Made by a program: the position numbers and the translations under genes. A stretch of DNA of 64,000 nt from Candidatus Omnitrophota bacterium (lineage in GTDB: Bacteria; Omnitrophota; Gorgyraeia; Zapsychrales; Fredricksoniimonadaceae): positions 678,711 through 742,710 of the forward strand of contig JBGAJA010000001.1 in the NCBI GenBank assembly GCA_044225175.1, given 5' to 3'. The notes beneath the pieces are model-generated. The model was not told the origin of the DNA. It saw nothing but the letters and a program-made list of their open reading frames with translations, and ran no database searches. Positions 58,548 to 64,000 of this stretch are shown here, piece by piece. The first letter of the stretch is position 1; the number at the start of each line of letters is the position of its first letter.

Positions 58548-59136
58548 CCTGTCTGCGGGAATTTAGGGACATGGTTAAAGTCGACATGTCCACGTATTCA
58601 ACAGCTGATCCCATGGGAATTCCTAGACCTATGCGGCTGACCCTCACTCCTGTAGGCTTTAATTGCTGGCCGATGTATAGGGATGTCATCTCACCTTCTG
58701 TATCGGGATCTGTCGCAATGACTACTTCCTTAATTCCTTCTTGAATCACACGATTAATAAATTTAGAAAGATTAAGATCATCAGGACCCCTTCCTTCCGT
58801 CGGAGATATATTCCCCAGAAGGACATAATAAATGCCTTTAAAACTGCCTGTTCTTTCAATCGCCAGAAGGTCTTTTGGGCTTTCTACGACACAAATAATA
58901 TTACGGTCTCGGCCTGGATCTGAACAAACCATACATGTTTCTGTTTCAGTTAAATGGTTGCATTGCTTACAAAACCGCAGCCCTTCTTTTAACTGAACAA
59001 TAGAATCTGCCAGAGATTTCACATCCTCAGCACTCTGGGAAAGCATCCAAAACATAATACGCTCAGCACTCCTACGGCCAACACCTGGCAATTTACTTAA
59101 ACGATCTAAAAGGTTTTCAATTAATTTAGGATACAT
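58537..59136 (-). CDS. recR: Recombination protein RecR
   Basis: 199 aa: HhH (LSKLPGVGRRSAERI), C4 zinc finger (CKQCNHLTETETCMVC), Toprim domain. Confidence 0.9.
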   Translation of the reverse strand: MYPKLIENLLDRLSKLPGVGRRSAERIMFWMLSQSAEDVKSLADSIVQLKEGLRFCKQCNHLTETETCMVCSDPGRDRNIICVVESPKDLLAIERTGSFKGIYYVLLGNISPTEGRGPDDLNLSKFINRVIQEGIKEVVIATDPDTEGEMTSLYIGQQLKPTGVRVSRIGLGIPMGSAVEYVDMSTLTMSLNSRRQVDF

Positions 59137-60759
59137 CTATGCCTCGTTGTGCCATTCTTTAATGACCTTACCGCCAAACATATTCAAGGCATCATCCACA
59201 ATAGGCTGGGCTTCTTTGGGGATACTTTCATCAATAAATTTAACGGTCAAATGGATGGTTGTTCCTAGTTTTTCAGTAAAAACCTTCTCAACTAGAAACA
59301 TGTTCTCTTTAACATCCAGCGTTTCCTTACCAAATCGATTTTCTTTCAAAAATCCTATCGTTAAAAAACCATCCTTAAAAGCACTAGGATTAGCATCTTG
59401 AAGATATGTAGCCAAAGACATTTTTCGTCTGGAGACTTCATGGGTCAAGCTATTCCATCGTTGTTGAATGACTTCTAAGGTAATTTCCCCTAAATCACTT
59501 AAAGGCTCACCCTTTGGTTCCTCTTTAGCAGTAACATTGGAAACAGGAACCGACTTGACCATTCCTGCAGTTTTAGAAACTACAGATGAAGTCGCTGCAA
59601 TGGAAGCCTTTTGAGGAATTGCAGTAATCGGTTTTGACTCAGAGATCGACGAAACAGTACCTGAAGAAGGTTGATTTAATGTAATCTTGGCAAAGGCAAT
59701 TTCTAAAGGCATGCGCATCGTTTCCATAATTCTGGATGTTTCTTGAGCTTCAATAAAAAGCTCAATAGCCCGAAGTATTCCTGCAATTGTAATCTTCTGC
59801 GATTGGGCCGCTAATCTTTCCTTCACATTCTTAGGATAATCAATCAAATCATTAAGCGCAGGGCCACCAATCTTAGCAATCATCATATGCCTAAAGTGTT
59901 CTGTGAGGTCTTTTCCAAGTTGTTTTAAATCCTTACCTGCATCAATAATATCGTTTAAAACTGTCATAGCTTTAGAGCAGTCCTTTTCAACAAGCGCATC
60001 TGTCAACGAAAACAACCATTCCATTTCAACAATACCCAACATAGAAAAAACATCCGAACTTTCTACCCCTTCTTTACCCAAAGCACTTAATTGGTCAAGG
60101 ATCCCCAGAGCATCGCGCATACTTCCACCTGCTGCTTTAGCAATCGCAAAAAGGGCGTCATCAGCTATCTTAATTTTTTCCTGAATACTAATTTCCTTTA
60201 AATTACTTCCTATAGCTTCTAGAGAAATTCGCTTAAAATCAAAACGCTGGCAGCGTGAAAGGATTGTTGCAGGAACTTTATTAGCTTCTGTTGTGGCAAA
60301 AATAAAAATCACATGTTCGGGGGGTTCTTCCAGGGTCTTTAACAGAGCATTAAATGCTTCTGTAGTCAACATATGGACTTCGTCCACGATATAAATCTTA
60401 TAACGACCATAGGTAGGGGCAAATTTAACATTCTCACGAAGGGCACGGATTTCATCAATCCCCCGGTTAGAAGCACCATCTATTTCAAGAACATCAAAAC
60501 TATTTCCCTTGGCAATTTCCTGGCAGGCAAAACATTCTCCACAAGGTCTTAAGGTAGGTCCATTCTGACAATTCAAAGACTTCGCCAGGATACGCGCACA
60601 AGAAGTCTTTCCAATCCCACGAGGCCCACAAAACAAAAACGAATGGGCAATTCGCTTAGTCTCAATGGCTTGCTTGAGGATCTTAACAATATGATCCTGC
60701 CCCTGAACTTCACTAAATGTCTGAGGACGATATTTGCGGGCTAATACCAAATAAGACAT
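59137..60759 (-). CDS. dnaX: DNA polymerase III subunit gamma/tau
   Basis: 540 aa: AAA+ Walker A GPRGIGKTSCA, zinc module CxxC (CQNGPTLRPCGEC), sensor motifs. The stop abuts the recR start, with no ybaB between them. Confidence 0.9.
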   Translation of the reverse strand: MSYLVLARKYRPQTFSEVQGQDHIVKILKQAIETKRIAHSFLFCGPRGIGKTSCARILAKSLNCQNGPTLRPCGECFACQEIAKGNSFDVLEIDGASNRGIDEIRALRENVKFAPTYGRYKIYIVDEVHMLTTEAFNALLKTLEEPPEHVIFIFATTEANKVPATILSRCQRFDFKRISLEAIGSNLKEISIQEKIKIADDALFAIAKAAGGSMRDALGILDQLSALGKEGVESSDVFSMLGIVEMEWLFSLTDALVEKDCSKAMTVLNDIIDAGKDLKQLGKDLTEHFRHMMIAKIGGPALNDLIDYPKNVKERLAAQSQKITIAGILRAIELFIEAQETSRIMETMRMPLEIAFAKITLNQPSSGTVSSISESKPITAIPQKASIAATSSVVSKTAGMVKSVPVSNVTAKEEPKGEPLSDLGEITLEVIQQRWNSLTHEVSRRKMSLATYLQDANPSAFKDGFLTIGFLKENRFGKETLDVKENMFLVEKVFTEKLGTTIHLTVKFIDESIPKEAQPIVDDALNMFGGKVIKEWHNEA

Positions 60760-61658
60760 TATAAAATCTTCCTTAAAGCTGGTTCTAATTGAGGGTGTTG
60801 AAATTCATAACCAATATCTAAGAGTGCTTGAGGAACCACATGGGCACCATCCAGCAATAATTCTTTTCCCATCTGTCCCATCAAAAGTTTAATGATAAAA
60901 CCTGGCACTGGTAAAATAGTCGGCCTAAAAAGGACTTTACCTAAAGTCTTTGTAAACTCCTTATTAGTCACGGGATTTGGTGTAACAAAATTAACTGCCC
61001 CACTTACCCTATCATCCCAAATCAACTGATTAATAATCGAAGATATTTCATCTAGGGCAATCCAGCTCATTTTCTGACGGCCATTTCCTAAACGTCCACC
61101 AAGACCTAGAAAGAAAACAGGCAGCATTTTAGCCAATGCACCCCCATGCGAGCTTAATACTACGCCAAAGCGCATATGAATTAATCGAACACCATATAAA
61201 ATAGCATCTGCCGAAGCATTTTCCCACTGCTGACAAACCTGAGCCAAAAATCCATGACCGTTTCCACCATGTTCATTGACAGGTACATTAGGATCACGGT
61301 TCCCATAATACCCAACCGCAGAGGCACAAAAAAATACCTTAGGACGCGGATTCATCTCTTTCATGGCATCTACAAGGAGCTTGGTGCTGATCACCCGTGT
61401 CTCTACAATCTCTTGTTTGTATTCACGAGACCATCTTTTAGCGCTAATATTAGCACCTGCCAAATTAATAATGACATCATGCCTTTGTAGAGCATCAATA
61501 TCAATAAAATGTTTCTTTAAATTCCAATAAACAATCTTATGTTTATTGAATATTGTTCGGTGACGCGTAATCTCAGTCACTTCATGACCAGCTTGTTGAA
61601 AATACTTCTTCAAAGCTCTTCCAATTAATCCTGAGGTGCCTGAAATCGCAATTTTCAT
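60759..61658 (-). CDS. TIGR01777/YfcH-family NAD-dependent epimerase (DUF1731 C-terminus)
   Basis: 299 aa: MKIAISGTSGLIGRAL Rossmann N-terminus and a C-terminal DUF1731-like region. Confidence 0.75.
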   Translation of the reverse strand: MKIAISGTSGLIGRALKKYFQQAGHEVTEITRHRTIFNKHKIVYWNLKKHFIDIDALQRHDVIINLAGANISAKRWSREYKQEIVETRVISTKLLVDAMKEMNPRPKVFFCASAVGYYGNRDPNVPVNEHGGNGHGFLAQVCQQWENASADAILYGVRLIHMRFGVVLSSHGGALAKMLPVFFLGLGGRLGNGRQKMSWIALDEISSIINQLIWDDRVSGAVNFVTPNPVTNKEFTKTLGKVLFRPTILPVPGFIIKLLMGQMGKELLLDGAHVVPQALLDIGYEFQHPQLEPALRKIL

Positions 61659-61682
61659 AAGAATGGCATTATGGCGTACAAA

Positions 61683-63959
61683 TTAAAAATCGTAAAGCGG
61701 TTTTCTTGTATTAGGAGTATTAAAATTACGGTTCACGGATGGCTTATTGGTTGGAATGGACTTAGATTCTGACGATGATTTAGGGCCAGAAAGATTAGGT
61801 TCCTTGGGTTTTGCGCGCATAGACAAAGATATTCTCTTTCGAGTCAAATCAATGTCCACAACACTCACTTGAACCTTTTGACCAACCTTCAATACATCAG
61901 CTGGATTAGTTATAAATTTATCAGAAACCTCACTGATATGAACAAGCCCATCTTGATGAACACCTATGTCCACAAAAGCACCAAAATTTGTCACGTTAGT
62001 GACAATTCCAGGAAGTTTCATTCCAATCGTCAAATCTTCCATAGTTTGAACACCTTCTTTGAACTGTACAGGGTCAAATTGAGCACGCGGGTCACGTCCA
62101 GGTTTAGCCAGTTCACTGACAATATCCATCAAAGTAGGAAGTCCAATTTTGTCACTGACATATTTAGAGGGTTGAATCTTACCTCTTAAAGATTCGTTAG
62201 TGATAAAATCTCCCACTTTACATCCTAAATCTTTAGCCATTTGATCAACGACCCAATAACTTTCTGGGTGAACAGCACTTGAATCTAAAGGATACGCTGC
62301 GCCACGAATCCTCAAAAATCCAGCTGCCTGCTCAAAAACCTTCCCTGAAAGCCTTGGAATCTTCTTAAATTCATCTCTAGAGCCAAAGGCTCCATGCTCA
62401 TTGCGATATTCCACAACAGCTTTGGCCAAAGCTGGTCCAAGGCCTGAAACATACATTAAAAGCTCTTTGCTGGCTGTATTAATCTCAACCCCCACTTGAT
62501 TAACCGAGCTAATGACCACCTCATCCAAATTCTTTTTGAGAAGCGTCTGATCGACATCATGCTGGTATTGTCCAACCCCAATCGATTTAGGATCAATCTT
62601 GACCAATTCAGCAAGAGGATCTTGAATACGGCGCCCAATAGATACTGCCCCTCTAACCGTCACATCATGATCAGGAAACTCTTCCCGGGCCACTTCAGAA
62701 GCAGAATAAATAGAAGCTCCACTCTCATTGACCATCACCACTTGAATATTAGGTAATTTTAAAGAACGCACAAAAGCATCTGTCTCACGGCTAGCTGTGC
62801 CATTTCCAATTGCAATGCATTCAATATTAAACAACTGGCAAAGTTTCTTGATGGTAACAGCTGCCTGCGCAACTTCACCTTCACTATGACTGATATAAAT
62901 AACAGTATTATTTAAAAGCTTTCCCTGACTATTTAAACAGACAACCTTGCATCCGGTACGATATCCAGGATCTATAGCTAGCACATTCTTCTCACCTAAA
63001 GGAGACGCCATTAAAAGCTCACGTAAGTTATCAGTGAAGACCTTAATAGCTTCCACATCAGCTTGCTGCTTGGTTAACATTCGAATTTCAGTCTCTATAG
63101 ATAATGATAAAAGTCTCTTAAAAGAATCTTCCAAGGCCATTTGAACTTGACTACTTGATAAATTCTTAGCTTTAATGAATATCTCTTGAAGAACTCTGAG
63201 AGCTTGGTCTTCTTCAACTTTAATCCTAAGAGAAACGATTTCCTCTTTCTCAGCACGACGCATAGCCAGCACTCGATGGGATGGAGCTGATTTTACAGCT
63301 TCCTGCCAGTCAAAATAATCCTTAAACTTAGCCCCCTCTTCTTCCTTTCCCTTAATGACCTTGGATTCAAAAATTCCCTGCTCTAAATAAAGCTGTCTGA
63401 TCTTGGCACGAGCAGGGGCATCTTCATTGATCCATTCAGCAATGATATCGCGTGCACCAGCTAGAGCTTCGTCAACCGTTTGCACAGACGACTGGCCAGT
63501 CCCGCCTCCCGCATCTACATTAATAAATTTTATTGCCTCTACCTTAGGATCTATCCCAACTTTTTGTTCAAAAATGATCTGTGCCAAGGGCTCTAACCCT
63601 TTTTCTTTGGCAATAGTTGCCCTTGTGCGGCGTTTTGGTTTATAGGGCAAATATAGATCTTCCAAAACGGTCATTGTTTCAGCGGCATTAATTTTAGCTT
63701 TTAGGTCTTCGGTGAGTTTGCCTTGCTTCTCAATCGTTTCCAGAATAGTAGCACGACGTCCATCTAGCTCATGAAGTTGTTCCAATCGATCACGAATACC
63801 AGCAATTGCCACTTCATCTAAACCGCCCGTTGCTTCCTTGCGGTAGCGAGAAATAAAAGGAACAGTGCTCCCTTCCTCAAGGAGCACTGCAACTGAAATG
63901 ACTTGTTTGGTTTGAATTTTTAATTCTTGTGCAACTTTACTAATATGAAGAGGGTTCAT
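61683..63959 (-). CDS. tex: Transcription accessory protein Tex (YqgF/HhH/S1 domains)
   Basis: 758 aa: N-terminal ...LEEGSTVPFISRYRKEATGGLDE (Tex signature) and C-terminal S1 domain (GMKLPGIVTNVTNFGAFVDIGVHQDGLVHISE). Confidence 0.9.
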   Translation of the reverse strand: MNPLHISKVAQELKIQTKQVISVAVLLEEGSTVPFISRYRKEATGGLDEVAIAGIRDRLEQLHELDGRRATILETIEKQGKLTEDLKAKINAAETMTVLEDLYLPYKPKRRTRATIAKEKGLEPLAQIIFEQKVGIDPKVEAIKFINVDAGGGTGQSSVQTVDEALAGARDIIAEWINEDAPARAKIRQLYLEQGIFESKVIKGKEEEGAKFKDYFDWQEAVKSAPSHRVLAMRRAEKEEIVSLRIKVEEDQALRVLQEIFIKAKNLSSSQVQMALEDSFKRLLSLSIETEIRMLTKQQADVEAIKVFTDNLRELLMASPLGEKNVLAIDPGYRTGCKVVCLNSQGKLLNNTVIYISHSEGEVAQAAVTIKKLCQLFNIECIAIGNGTASRETDAFVRSLKLPNIQVVMVNESGASIYSASEVAREEFPDHDVTVRGAVSIGRRIQDPLAELVKIDPKSIGVGQYQHDVDQTLLKKNLDEVVISSVNQVGVEINTASKELLMYVSGLGPALAKAVVEYRNEHGAFGSRDEFKKIPRLSGKVFEQAAGFLRIRGAAYPLDSSAVHPESYWVVDQMAKDLGCKVGDFITNESLRGKIQPSKYVSDKIGLPTLMDIVSELAKPGRDPRAQFDPVQFKEGVQTMEDLTIGMKLPGIVTNVTNFGAFVDIGVHQDGLVHISEVSDKFITNPADVLKVGQKVQVSVVDIDLTRKRISLSMRAKPKEPNLSGPKSSSESKSIPTNKPSVNRNFNTPNTRKPLYDF

Positions 63960-64000
63960 TATATGATCCCCCCTTTTTCAAGGGGGGTAATGCAGATTTA

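Noticed and set aside
1-64000. CRISPR arrays, rRNA genes, additional tRNAs, intact IS elements
   Set aside because: No regularly spaced direct repeats, no rRNA-like conserved stretches and no transposase ORFs were seen. Only one tRNA (Asn) folds convincingly. Other GGTTCG-like strings (for example 33588-33600) do not give a cloverleaf.
63960-64000. Hairpin cccccc-tttttcaa-gggggg at the window end upstream of tex
   Set aside because: Too close to the window edge to interpret as a terminator of an unseen upstream gene or as a regulatory element.

Overview
This is a 64-kb, gene-dense chromosomal segment at roughly 37-38% GC. More than 85% of the coding sequence is on the minus strand, and Shine-Dalgarno sites are clear. 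The host is Gram-negative by content: ExbB/ExbD, an OprO/OprP-family porin, an AsmA-like protein, lipoproteins and peptidoglycan-binding domains. It also encodes several eukaryote-like signalling proteins (SET domain, dual-specificity phosphatase, DAGK-type lipid kinase, TspO), which suggests a host-associated or environmental lineage. No taxon can be assigned from the sequence alone; the presence of LexA, IlvBN and a complete cys locus argues against a reduced obligate symbiont.

Identifiable content is as follows.
- Start of window: an exonuclease III gene running off the start, DUF502, type II NADH dehydrogenase, and a siroheme-type sulfite/nitrite reductase.
- About 6-12 kb: ExbB/ExbD, an FprA-type ferredoxin reductase and ilvBN.
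- 17.1-21.7 kb: a 1547-aa secreted Lys/Glu-rich coiled-coil protein carrying eight TPR-like modules.
- 23.7-33.5 kb: a complete sulfate-assimilation locus, all minus strand: porin, sbp, cysTWA, an Rrf2 regulator, cysH (Fe-S APS reductase), cysD, a Cys-rich unknown, and cysN fused to an APS-kinase-like domain that appears non-catalytic.
- 33.7-43 kb: several two-component systems (an HD-GYP response regulator, a PhoBR-like pair, a tandem-receiver response regulator) and a housekeeping block (mutY, cbiX, NAD kinase, HAD hydrolase, SET, NUDIX, queH, cspA).
- 43-52.6 kb: MFS transporter, a frameshifted VIT-family gene, YciH/SUI1, TPR protein, GtrA, hemH, a DSP plus lipid kinase pair, lexA, TspO.
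- 52.7-58.5 kb: a higher-GC (about 47-50%) patch of about 5.8 kb ending at a minus-strand tRNA-Asn(GTT). It contains an N-terminally truncated large serine recombinase, two coupled small genes, a HEPN-like protein, and a 957-aa signal-peptide-bearing histidine-kinase fusion that is a paralog of the 653-aa secreted protein at 4060-6021. This is the best candidate for a novel system in the window.
- End of window: recR, dnaX, a TIGR01777 epimerase and tex.

No CRISPR array, rRNA gene or intact IS element was seen.
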